A stretch of DNA of 64,000 nt from a virus, in IMG/VR virus record IMGVR_UViG_3300050821_002963, positions 1 through 64,000 of that record; one strand, 5' to 3'. The notes under the pieces were generated by a model. That model was not told where the DNA came from. It worked only from the letters and a program-made list of their open reading frames with translations, and did not search any database. A program made the translations under genes and the position numbers. Shown piece after piece: positions 20,939 to 30,821 of the stretch (position 1 is the stretch's first letter; each line of letters begins with the position of its first letter).

Positions 20939-23900
20939 ATGGCCAATGGAAACATAGCGATTACAGCTGGCGGAACGATTGGAACCATTGCTGCCAGCGG
21001 TTCAGGCATTTCATTTTTGGACCCTCTTTACAAGTATGCAAATTTGACCTTGCCTTTCAGTCCAAACGATCCTGGTTTGCAGTATACTTACGATAATTCT
21101 TCTCTGGCTCCGACTGTTTTTCTGTATGCGAGATTTTTCAACTTACTGAACGAGCCGTCTAATGGAATTTTGATTAACGTAGGGACATCGGTCTTTCCTT
21201 CCGGTGCTTTTGTTGGGGATTGCATAGATGTCAGAAGCAAGGGGGCGGTGGGTGACGGCGTAAAAGATGATACTGCTGCGATTCAAGCTGCTTTGGATGA
21301 AGCAGCTGTAAATGCTAGTGGTAAAGTGAATCAGGTTTCGAAAGGCCTGAGAATATTGCAGTCCAATACCGGGCAAGTTTCCAGTTCGGATAGTACGCAG
21401 TTTACTGGAAACACCGGAAACATGACCATACCTTTGACCAAGCCGACAACGAAAGGTACGCTCTTGTTTCTGGGTTTTGATGCTTTCCATTGGGATAATC
21501 CTCCAGTTGTCAGTGACTCGGCTGGAAATCCTTACACACAATTTATCTCTCAAGTAGATGGTGAACATATTACCTACGGCTATTACACTGTAAACAGCAC
21601 AGGAGGAGCGGTTACAGCTATTGTGGCTGAGACTGGCGCGCATGGAAATTCTTTTATCATTGGTTCCTTTTTAGAGATACAGAGCTTGGTGAGCCCAATC
21701 GCGTTAGATGGAACTCCGGCTTCGAACGCAGCACCTCCTGGTGGGCCTACGTTTAATACTGGAACATTAAGCCTGACAAATGCGAACGCATTGGATACCG
21801 CGATTTCATTCTTATATACGGAAGGTTCTACGTTTCCGAATACAGTGCCACCAGTCGGCTATAATGTCGTGAATAGGGACTCACTGTTGGCAGCTGGTGG
21901 GGCACAAGAAATTGTGGTGGTATACCAAGATATAGCCATTTCTGGTTCCAGTCAGAACTTAGGAGCTTTGTGGAAGATTGACTCATCGAACGTAGGAGCA
22001 GTTGGTTTTACGGTGGCTTTTAAGGCAGCGCCTTTGACGACGACTGTGGCATTTACGGGACCGACAACGGTTTGTATTCCTTTCGGCGTGAACTGTTTGG
22101 TGAGCTACCAGAGCATAGATATGTGCGATGGTATCTGGTATTCACACGCTAGGCGCTGTTTGACGATGGATAATGGGGTAACTCTGAATATAGACGGTAG
22201 CATCATAAAAGCCAAAGAAGACTTGTTTTTACCGGTGCTTTATGTAGACCCGCCATCTACGATAGGCTTTGGTGCGCGACTGGATGGCCAGAGAACCTAC
22301 GTCCTGAATGGTTTTGACTCTTCTGGAAATCCAGCAACAGAAACTTACGTAGTCGGTACCAGCACAGTCAATGGCACAGTTGTTTGGTCAGCACTTACAG
22401 GTGGGACGGTAACCCCGCCTTTCAACTATCCTCAAGGCCCAAGTGATATTGAGCCACCAGACCTCGGTTTCCAAACTGGAATTAACAACGTCGGAGACAT
22501 ATCTATGCTTGTGGTAGGTGGGCAGATTAAGTTTGGTAATGCTACCTGGCCTATCACAAAGCAATCGAACTTTACGATTCAGCCGCCTTCCCAGGTATAT
22601 TTTTATAATTCATTTGGCGACCCTTTTACAGCTACGATTACTTTGACCGGCCAGGACCAGAATGGTAACGATGTAACCGATGTGATTACGATTACGGCCG
22701 CGACTTCTGGAACTAGCAATGTAACTTTTTCTAAGATATATGCCGGAATGTGTCAGACGACGGCTGGGAATAGCACTGTTCAGATGTTCTACTATCCACC
22801 TTTTGCGCAATCAAACCACAGTTTGAATGAGATTGGTTTCTTTGACATTCAGCAAGGTGTTGGACATGTAGCTACCAGTGGTCTTTTTGCGTTAGGAATG
22901 TTTCCTGGTGGTGGCTTTATTGTTGAGAACGTTAACGCCTTCGCGCCCTTTTCACAATTTAACTTTAATATTACTGCTACAGAAAAAGCCGTTTGGTACA
23001 AGTCCGTAGGTATAACAGGCGACTACACAGTGGATATACCAGCAGCCCATACTTATGAGGGTTCTCGGAATACCGGTATTACACTAACTGGGTCTGGGCA
23101 GGTAATTTTGAATGGAGATTGGGCCTACAGAAATGCCGACCAGAACTTTGGACGTTTCGCTCTTGGTGCTGGTATACCATCGGTTGGCTTTGCTAGACTT
23201 TGTGCGTGTGATAACTCTGTGGTTGAGAATCTGGAAATAATTTCTCCCTGTAGAGCGGCAGTGAGCTTCCTGCATAGCGACAATCCTACTATCAGTAATC
23301 TTTACATCCACGATGGCCACGGAGACGACCAAGGATTTGGAATTCCTTTTGATGGAGAGCAGCCAACTCCAGTTGATGGCGTGATTAATCTGGATTTTTG
23401 TAGAAATGCTAGAGTGGTTTTGAACAGACTTAATAATAACGAGTGGGGAGGGATCGCAGATTGGGATTCCTTCCAATCTTTGATTCAACAGAACGATATG
23501 GATGGCGGAAGATACGGCTATCAATTTGTATCTTTCACTCAAGAGTTTCAATGGGACTTTTTCGAAACTGGAGATGCTGGTTTATCTCCGGTGAACAATG
23601 AAATAAGCGGAAACAGAGCGACGATGATGACACAGCCTTCTCCGCCTCCGAATAATCTAAGTCCAACGGAAACAAATAGCGCAGGATTTGGTTGGGGATT
23701 CGGATTCTTTGATGATGGCGGGCCTGGCGAATATCTCGCGGCTCATGGTGTTGGTGATGGGGCTTCTGGAATTTCGTTCCATGATAACGTAGCTAATAGC
23801 AACGTAGCGGACTTTTTGGCCGCGAAAGATATTATCTTCCGTTCGTTGTATAACAACAGTTTTAGTAGTGGCGGAACGACGATTATCAATGGCTTGCAAC

Positions 23901-24118
23901 AAGTATCGAATGAGATTCCTAGTGGTACGATAGATGGGATTAATGATACTTTTACACTAGCTCACACACCATCGCCAGGTACTTTGACTTTAACAGCCAA
24001 TGGGTTACTACAAGATGGAACAGATTACACCTTGTCTGGGAATACGATTACGTTCCTGGCTGGACATATTCCGCCGGTGAACACACAGCTGTTGGCGTCT
24101 TACTCTTTCAGTGGGTAA
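20939..24118 (+). CDS. Tail spike / receptor-binding protein with pectate-lyase-like beta-helix
   Basis: DVRSKGAVGDGVKDDTAAIQAALD motif plus parallel beta-helix repeats. Confidence 0.8.
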   Translation: MANGNIAITAGGTIGTIAASGSGISFLDPLYKYANLTLPFSPNDPGLQYTYDNSSLAPTVFLYARFFNLLNEPSNGILINVGTSVFPSGAFVGDCIDVRSKGAVGDGVKDDTAAIQAALDEAAVNASGKVNQVSKGLRILQSNTGQVSSSDSTQFTGNTGNMTIPLTKPTTKGTLLFLGFDAFHWDNPPVVSDSAGNPYTQFISQVDGEHITYGYYTVNSTGGAVTAIVAETGAHGNSFIIGSFLEIQSLVSPIALDGTPASNAAPPGGPTFNTGTLSLTNANALDTAISFLYTEGSTFPNTVPPVGYNVVNRDSLLAAGGAQEIVVVYQDIAISGSSQNLGALWKIDSSNVGAVGFTVAFKAAPLTTTVAFTGPTTVCIPFGVNCLVSYQSIDMCDGIWYSHARRCLTMDNGVTLNIDGSIIKAKEDLFLPVLYVDPPSTIGFGARLDGQRTYVLNGFDSSGNPATETYVVGTSTVNGTVVWSALTGGTVTPPFNYPQGPSDIEPPDLGFQTGINNVGDISMLVVGGQIKFGNATWPITKQSNFTIQPPSQVYFYNSFGDPFTATITLTGQDQNGNDVTDVITITAATSGTSNVTFSKIYAGMCQTTAGNSTVQMFYYPPFAQSNHSLNEIGFFDIQQGVGHVATSGLFALGMFPGGGFIVENVNAFAPFSQFNFNITATEKAVWYKSVGITGDYTVDIPAAHTYEGSRNTGITLTGSGQVILNGDWAYRNADQNFGRFALGAGIPSVGFARLCACDNSVVENLEIISPCRAAVSFLHSDNPTISNLYIHDGHGDDQGFGIPFDGEQPTPVDGVINLDFCRNARVVLNRLNNNEWGGIADWDSFQSLIQQNDMDGGRYGYQFVSFTQEFQWDFFETGDAGLSPVNNEISGNRATMMTQPSPPPNNLSPTETNSAGFGWGFGFFDDGGPGEYLAAHGVGDGASGISFHDNVANSNVADFLAAKDIIFRSLYNNSFSSGGTTIINGLQQVSNEIPSGTIDGINDTFTLAHTPSPGTLTLTANGLLQDGTDYTLSGNTITFLAGHIPPVNTQLLASYSFSG

Positions 24119-24122
24119 ATAG

Positions 24123-24695
24123 ATGGGGCAGAGGATAAATCTTTCTTATCAGGTGCAGGGGATTCTTCCGCCAGCGAATGGTGGTGTGAGTTCATCACTC
24201 GCCACTTTGCAGTTTGCTGATAATGAAACCCCTTCCGGTGTGACGGATGGGGTTAACTCGACATTCCTTTTGGCTAACGCTCCGAGTCCTGTGGGTAGTT
24301 TGCTATTCGTTGTGAAGAACCCAGGAGGAAACGGTTTCGTTCTTTTACAGACTATAGACTATACGTTGGCAGGGAATGTTGTGAATACAACAGCACCACC
24401 AGCCAGTGGAGCTGCCATCAGGACTTGGTACCGATACTCTCAGTTCCCAGCCTTGTTTGGCGGCGAGCTGATGGTGATGAGTGATACCATCAACGTTGTG
24501 CTCTCGAATGGTTTTCAGTTCTCAGACAGTTTATCATTTGGGCCGGATGGCCTAGCCCTTGGTTTGCGGCCTGTTGTTCTGAAGCTGTATGACCGGATGA
24601 TTCTGAATGACGCCTTTGTTATGCAGGTAAAGGCAGCGCAGGTTGTTTCGGATACGATGTCGTTGAGCGACGCTTTTGCAAAGACACTGCACTGA
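24123..24695 (+). CDS. Tail-associated protein sharing a domain with the spike C-terminus
   Basis: ETPSG.TDG.N.TF.LA..P...DYTL.GN domain also ends the previous ORF. Confidence 0.6.
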   Translation: MGQRINLSYQVQGILPPANGGVSSSLATLQFADNETPSGVTDGVNSTFLLANAPSPVGSLLFVVKNPGGNGFVLLQTIDYTLAGNVVNTTAPPASGAAIRTWYRYSQFPALFGGELMVMSDTINVVLSNGFQFSDSLSFGPDGLALGLRPVVLKLYDRMILNDAFVMQVKAAQVVSDTMSLSDAFAKTLH

Positions 24696-24705
24696 ACATT
24701 TTTCT

Positions 24706-24733
24706 TTGAAAACGACGGCTCTTCCTGTATAAT
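24706..24733 (+). promoter_or_regulatory. Sigma70-like promoter opening the replication module
   Basis: TTGAAA-N16-TATAAT in the intergenic gap. Confidence 0.6.
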
Positions 24734-24776
24734 AGTTCTGCTAAGGACCCCAATTAAAAAATAGAAAGTTACCTCA

Positions 24777-25346
24777 GTGGCTAGCAAAGTCGTGAATGTA
24801 CAACTCACGCACAGGAAAGCTTGTCTCCTTGGTGGGCCTGAAGTTTGGAAAGTAATTCCAAGTTTCCCACGTTATAAGGCGTCAAGCTTTGGCCGGGTCA
24901 AAGGCAAGAAAGTAATTTTGAGCCAGGTCATGTGTGGAAAGTATTTGGCAGTTCATGTTTACGATGGCGAGAAGAAGATTAAGCGTGTACATATTTTGGT
25001 CGCGGAAGCTTTCCATGGACCTTGCCCGCCAGGTAAAGAAGTGAATCACAAAGATACTGATAAGCTGAATAATCGCTCGGGAAATCTTGAATACCTAACG
25101 AGAAAGAAGAACATGGAGCATGCAGTAAAGAATGGGCTTACAGCAAAAGGAGAAAGGCACGGGAATTCCAAGTTAACAGAGGCAGATGTGAAAGAGATAA
25201 AGAGAAAGTTTGGACCGTGGTTTATTCCAAGAAAGAAGTTACCAGTTCCTATTCAGCAAGAGCTTAGAAGTATGGCTAGAAATCGTGGAGTAGCAATAGA
25301 TTCAATCCATGCTATTCTACGTGGGCAGCTTTGGAAGCACGTATGA
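24777..25346 (+). mobile_element. NUMOD4-HNH homing endonuclease fused to a remnant of the helicase N-terminus
   Basis: VWK.IP...Y.ASS.GRV, VHILVAEAF, EVNHKDTDKLNNRSGNLEY; N-terminus duplicates LTHRKA.LL of the downstream helicase. Confidence 0.9.
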
Positions 25347-26884
25347 GAACGATACGAGTTTCGTTAACACACAGAAAAGCAGAATTGCTAAGTTCGTATC
25401 CGTCAGAGTTAAATGACATTTTGAAATATCGCAAAGTTGGCTGGGACTGGACACCATCGGGGAAAGCCTACATCCACAATAAAGCAGCAGGGATTGTGGA
25501 CCCAGTTACGGGTGAGATTCCCGGATGGGACGGGTACATTCACCTGATGCGTGATGGTGAAATGGGTGCCGGAGTCTTTCTAGCAAAGAAAGACGAGATT
25601 GAGAAAACCCTCAGCGTCAAATTCAAAATAAAAGACCAGCGGTTACCCCTTGCTTTCGGACCGGAAGAAGTCACCGACTTGGATAAGGAAGGACGTATCT
25701 ACCAGTTGGAGTGTGTGGAAGCAATGGTCAACGCTTCCATGACGGGTGGGTTGGTCCTCCAAGCGACGGGTTCGGGGAAGACGTACACAACAGGGAAGTT
25801 CTTTCGTCGCTTAAAGGGTAATGCCCTATTCCTAGTCGATGAACTTACCCTGCTCAAGCAGGCACAGGACGAGCTAGGAAGCGTTCTGGGGGAAGATATA
25901 GGGGTCATTGGTAACTCAATATTCGACCCCAAGCGGATAACAGTTGGGACCATCCAAACCGTGCACCTGCACAGAAGAGACAAGTCCTATTCCAGTTGGA
26001 CCAAGAGTTTGAAAGTTATCATTATAGATGAGGTGCATTTAGCGCTGAATCGGAGAAACTTCCAAACGGTTCGCAGTATCAACCCACCAGCAATTTTCGG
26101 ACTAACAGCCACATTGGAGTTGAAGAAGAAGCATATCGCTATGCAGGCGTACGACCTGTGCGGTCCGGTTATCTATCAGTACCCTTTGAGTCAGGGAGTA
26201 GAAGAAGGTTACCTGAGTAGGGGAGTTGCGGTGCAGGTCCTCTGCGATTCGGGGAAACCTGCTCCAGTACGGAGGGGAAATAAAAGGTTCTGGTTCCTGA
26301 ACAGAATGTTGGGGAGGAAGGATTACCAGAAAGAGTATAGGGAGTACATCGTTGAGAGTGAGAAGAGGAATGAATTAATCCTCAGTTTGGTACAAGCGTG
26401 CCACAGTCGGGGGAAGTACATCATTATTCTGGTGGAGAGGGTTAAGCATTTGGAAACCTTGAGTGCGATGTTCGATGGGATTCCACACCTGTTACTCTAT
26501 GGAGACAAGTCGGTAGAGGAAAGAGTAGAGGGGAAAGACCTGTTTGAGAAGGGTAAGGTAAGGGTCATCCTGACCAACAAGATATTCAAAAAGGGAGTCA
26601 ACATTAAACGTGTAGACGTTATCCTGGACGGAGCTGCGATGAAGTCAAAGAATGACGCAGCGCAGAAATACGGACGGGGAGTTAGGTTGTCAGATGAGAA
26701 GTTGGGATTGATTTACCTGGACATTGGGGACGTTGGGAACAGATTTGAGAAAGCTGCAAAGAGTAGAATCAGCGCAATCAAAAAACTGGGAGTTCCGATA
26801 TATAAGGTGGACCCCCAGATTGGAATTCTCAAAATTCTGGATTTAGCTGAGAAGAAACTGAAAGTAGAAGTTGAGAAAAGTTAG
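25343..26884 (+). CDS. Superfamily 2 helicase (UvsW / ResIII-like)
   Basis: ATGSGKT, DEVH, GLTAT and QKYGRGVR motifs. Confidence 0.92.
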   Translation: MRTIRVSLTHRKAELLSSYPSELNDILKYRKVGWDWTPSGKAYIHNKAAGIVDPVTGEIPGWDGYIHLMRDGEMGAGVFLAKKDEIEKTLSVKFKIKDQRLPLAFGPEEVTDLDKEGRIYQLECVEAMVNASMTGGLVLQATGSGKTYTTGKFFRRLKGNALFLVDELTLLKQAQDELGSVLGEDIGVIGNSIFDPKRITVGTIQTVHLHRRDKSYSSWTKSLKVIIIDEVHLALNRRNFQTVRSINPPAIFGLTATLELKKKHIAMQAYDLCGPVIYQYPLSQGVEEGYLSRGVAVQVLCDSGKPAPVRRGNKRFWFLNRMLGRKDYQKEYREYIVESEKRNELILSLVQACHSRGKYIIILVERVKHLETLSAMFDGIPHLLLYGDKSVEERVEGKDLFEKGKVRVILTNKIFKKGVNIKRVDVILDGAAMKSKNDAAQKYGRGVRLSDEKLGLIYLDIGDVGNRFEKAAKSRISAIKKLGVPIYKVDPQIGILKILDLAEKKLKVEVEKS

Positions 26885-26892
26885 ACAGGACG

Positions 26893-26920
26893 GGGCGTTT
26901 CGCCCTTCTTCTTGTTTTTT
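26893..26920 (+). terminator. Possible intrinsic terminator overlapping an RBS-sequestering hairpin
   Basis: GGGCG-TTT-CGCCC followed by TTCTTCTTGTTTTTT. Confidence 0.5.
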
Positions 26921-26933
26921 AAGAAGAAGGAAG

Positions 26934-27476
26934 ATGGTACCTGTACCTGTAATAGGTAATATGACCACTGAAATAAGATTAAGAATGATGGCTTTCAGCC
27001 TAAGGGTAGAACGAGCGGTCAGACGTGACTTTGGGGTGCAGTGGTGGCGCCCAAGCGCAGAGGATGAGTTGAGGCTACTCAGACTGGAACAGTTCGAGCA
27101 GAAGTACAAAGTGACTCTGGAATGGATTCTCAAGTTACTCGTTCCAGTGTGGAAGCAAAAGTTCGGCAAGTTCAAAAAGGGTCAGGGTTTGGGTGTAGCG
27201 ATTTCGACTCTGACCGGAAACGTGTCGGAGAGGATTATCCGGGACCAGATTAAAAGAGACTTCCCAGACGGGGAGAACATCCAGACGTGGAAAGCACAGG
27301 AACAACAGCGGCAGTGGTTGCAGGTGGAAGAGGTTGGTAATGTCAGAGAAGACTGGGAACATCCTGCTCAGACCATCAAGCGCTACAGAAGGAGGATGGG
27401 AGCACAGAGGGAAGAGCTGAGAAGGTTCTCCCAGTCACAGCGGAAAAGGAACTATAGAAATAATCCTTGGATATGA
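26934..27476 (+). CDS. Basic hypothetical protein
   Basis: ORF with RBS; start uncertain (26934 or 26961). Confidence 0.5.
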   Translation: MVPVPVIGNMTTEIRLRMMAFSLRVERAVRRDFGVQWWRPSAEDELRLLRLEQFEQKYKVTLEWILKLLVPVWKQKFGKFKKGQGLGVAISTLTGNVSERIIRDQIKRDFPDGENIQTWKAQEQQRQWLQVEEVGNVREDWEHPAQTIKRYRRRMGAQREELRRFSQSQRKRNYRNNPWI

Positions 27477-27931
27477 GGAGAATAAGAATGGGAAGGTTCA
27501 CAGCTTTGTATCGGGAAGAAGAGAGACCATTAAACGTGGCGGAAATCGTGAGAGTCTTCCACCACGTAGAGGAAGACCACAGACGGTTGAAGATGAGTAT
27601 CTGGGTACAGAAGGAGACCGTGATAGAAAAAGTTTTTAGAAAAGTAGTGAAGTGGAATCCCGGCAATTACCCGGACTGCGGTACGAGGGCTTGCTTTGCC
27701 GGGTGGACTTTGGTATTGAACAAAGTACCGTTGAAGTTCTCTGCTGGTGGATACCTGATGGACGATACGGTTAGCAATCAAGCTGGTCAGATTCTCGGAC
27801 TGAACGTCCGTCAGAGACTTCACCTATTCCACGAACACCGCTCGTACGACGATTCAGCCAAGCAGGTAGAAGATTTGAGAAATAGAATCAACGAAGTATT
27901 CGAGGCGGAAGGATTACTGGTGAGGGTCTAG
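27467..27931 (+). CDS. Hypothetical phage protein with CGT.AC.AGW motif
   Basis: ORF; Cys motif of a kind recurrent in small phage proteins. Confidence 0.5.
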   Translation: MDMRRIRMGRFTALYREEERPLNVAEIVRVFHHVEEDHRRLKMSIWVQKETVIEKVFRKVVKWNPGNYPDCGTRACFAGWTLVLNKVPLKFSAGGYLMDDTVSNQAGQILGLNVRQRLHLFHEHRSYDDSAKQVEDLRNRINEVFEAEGLLVRV

Positions 27932-27941
27932 GAGAATAGAA

Positions 27942-29753
27942 ATGGACATGATATTCGAGGGAGAGACAAGAATGAAGACGAACGACATAACGGTCATCAG
28001 ACTAACCAAGGACATAATCATCACAGCCTGGTGGGAGCCGGGTGGGAAGTTGGGTGACGAACCTTTCTTCGTGGTGAGGCAGATGCGGTCTGCGGACACG
28101 AATGCCGGTGAGAAAACTTTTCGGTTCCAAAAACAAGAAGCCATCATGCTCAGCAAATTAATCTTGGCGGATGGCCTGTAATGCCCTGCGGCGGAATAGT
28201 ACCGATGAAGGGCGGAGGCGGCACGGTCCGGACCAAGCTCAGTCCGAACGATGGTGGTTGCTGGATGTGTCATCGCGGAGGTTGTTTGCACATGGTTATA
28301 GAATGGGATGCTTACATCCATGCCCGCTGCGTTGCGGATTTTCTCAAAACAGATGAGGGGGCCTGTATAATAGAACACGGTCACGAAGTCCATTTGAATT
28401 TCGGCTTGGAAAAACCTTTACCAGTCAAGAAGGAGAACAAGAATGATGACTAGACAGGAACATTTAGATTGGGCTAAGCAACGAGCTTTGGAATACGCAC
28501 AACGAGGCGATATCCAGCAAGCAGTGGCTTCGATGCTCTCCGACCTGAGAAAGCACCCTGAGTTAGAACACCACGCTGGGGGAGACTTAGGAATGATGCT
28601 CTTAATGAGCGGCAATATGAGAACTGGCGTTGAATGTGAGAAATGGATTAAGGGATTTAACTGACGCTGGCGAGCTTAGCGAACAAAAGGAGCAATAGCC
28701 ATGAGCGGTTCCAAACATCATGCAGGACCAATCAGAAATAACTGGGATGTACCTCATAGTCCTGGAGTGCCGGATGAAATTGTGTACTACCGAATCTGGG
28801 AGAAGGATCATGTAGGTGGAAGCTATACTTCACCAGCTCCAGACTTTCGCGGGAGTAAGGAAGAAGCGGAAGCGACGATAGCTAGGATTGAGAGAGACGT
28901 TCCGTCTTTAAGAGGGCAGTTGGTGGTGGAGATGGAGACGGGCCATGAAAAAGCAGGCTAAGGGGCCGAAGTTCCGCGTGGGACAAATTGTCTACCTGAA
29001 ATGCTGGCAGGGTAGCGGTTGGGGAAGTCCTTACGCCCGTGTCGAGCAGTACCGCTTAGGCGCTGACGGCTCGCACTGGTGGAGCATCCTCTACGGCGTC
29101 AACTTGACCGAGTATCCGCAGCGTCAGTTACGCGCCCTAACGGTGCGTGAGGCTGGCCCAGCGCGAGGGAGGAAGGCGTGAGCCACTTAACACGAAATTT
29201 AGTACGTATCGGACTAAAGAACGCCGACAAGATTCTTCGAGAGATGCCCAAAGAAGAACGCGACTTCATGCCGTGCTCTGAATGGGACATCATCGAGCAT
29301 CAAGTTCTCTTGGCTCTAGGTGATAACCGATTACTGGAATTAGCCGCAGAGTATCTGATGGCCAAGCCGGAAGAAGATGCAGGCGATTGGTGCGATGCCT
29401 TCAATGCGTTGCATGAAGAAGTATCTCTACAATTCGGCAGCGATGACCATAAAGTTTGGCGGATGGCTCTTATTGACGCAGCAAAGCCATGACTACTACC
29501 CTGCGCCGGGATAGGAGGAACGATGGCTGAGAAATGGTTTCGTATGCAGGACGGTCCGCCGCTGCCGTGGGATGTGGGCATAGCAATTTATCGCGGATTA
29601 TACGAGAAGCTTTGGAGTAGCCAGTCAGCGGAAACCGTCCACAATCGCGGCGGCGGTGGCTACGACGAAATCAAGGAAATGGCCAAAACATATTATGCAC
29701 GCGATTGCCAACGGGAAGCCGAGCGCCAAGGCAAAGGAGACTCACCGCGATGA
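27942..29753 (+). other. Cluster of short, translationally coupled hypothetical genes (27942, 28181, 28443, 28701, 28945, 29178, 29523)
   Basis: Head-to-tail ORFs of 73-104 aa with RBSs and overlaps. Confidence 0.6.
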
Positions 29754-30694
29754 GCAAAGCGGATAAGGAACGGGAAGATATGCGAGACGCTATTGCAGCG
29801 CAGCAGCGCGGCGACAGTAAGCAGCAGGAGGCACGCGAGCGGTGGATTTGCACCGAGTGCCACCACGAACATCAGACCATGACGTACTGCGGCGTCATCA
29901 CTATGGCTGGAGGTTGTATGTGCAAACACCGGTTTATTGAACTTGCCGCCCGCCAAGCGAGCCAGCCCAGCACGCGCGAAGTAACGCAGACCAATTATTC
30001 GCGTCTCTCTGCGATGCTATATCGCTCTCTTGAGCGACTTAGTTTAGCAATCGAAGCGTGCGGGAAGATTGGCTTCGAGGAAAGCAAGCCGATAACGAAT
30101 GCAGCGCATGGAGAGATTTGGCTCGACCTGAATAACGCGCAAAAAGACGCCAAACTGAAATTGAAACATTACGCGCAGTTTGTTGCCCAGCCCAGCCACG
30201 CCAGCGGAGAGCTGGGGCAGGACCAATTCGACCCGATAGTGCACGAGGTCTGCTGCCGATGCGGACATTCTTGCGAATCAGAGCGCCAACGAGCAACCCA
30301 GGCAATGGCTGAGAAGGCAGCGCAGCCTCTGGACGCAGACCAGCTCAAAAGCTGCCTGTGGTTCTTCGCAGATGGCCAGCTTAACTTTGCCGTGACGCTT
30401 GACCGTTTGAACAATTTCCTGCATCAGCGCTCCCTCGCAGGAGCCGAGCCTTCACAGACCGTCTACCAACGCACCCTCGCAGCAGCAGCAAAGTTCATAG
30501 ACGCCAGCCAGTACCAAGTTACCGGACAGATGTTACTGGATGCGCTGGGGGGCGGGGAACCGTCGCACGACAAACTGGCTAGTGCTCGGGCTTTCGTGAA
30601 GCTGTACTTAGAAACGTATGCAGATACTCAAAAACATCCTACAGCGGTGCAGGAAGCCCATTGCATTAGCGAGGCCAGGAAGGTTTTTGATTAG
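29750..30694 (+). CDS. Mosaic hypothetical protein with Cys/His clusters
   Basis: ATGA overlap; CTECHHEH and CCRCGH motifs; (Q/E)P linkers. Confidence 0.5.
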   Translation: MSKADKEREDMRDAIAAQQRGDSKQQEARERWICTECHHEHQTMTYCGVITMAGGCMCKHRFIELAARQASQPSTREVTQTNYSRLSAMLYRSLERLSLAIEACGKIGFEESKPITNAAHGEIWLDLNNAQKDAKLKLKHYAQFVAQPSHASGELGQDQFDPIVHEVCCRCGHSCESERQRATQAMAEKAAQPLDADQLKSCLWFFADGQLNFAVTLDRLNNFLHQRSLAGAEPSQTVYQRTLAAAAKFIDASQYQVTGQMLLDALGGGEPSHDKLASARAFVKLYLETYADTQKHPTAVQEAHCISEARKVFD

Positions 30695-30705
30695 AAGGAA
30701 TTTAT

Positions 30706-30745
30706 TTGCAAGGATGCGACATAAGATTATGTATAATTCTTGCAA
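30706..30745. promoter_or_regulatory. Nested inverted repeat containing a TATAAT box upstream of dnaB-like gene
   Basis: TTGCAAGGAT-GCG-ACATAA-GA-TTATGT-ATA-ATTCTTGCAA. Confidence 0.5.
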
Positions 30746-30821
30746 GCAAGCACGAAGGGTAGTCTCAGCACGAAGATAGAGTCGGAACAAGAACGACGAC
30801 AGACGGTTCGGGGGAAAGTGA

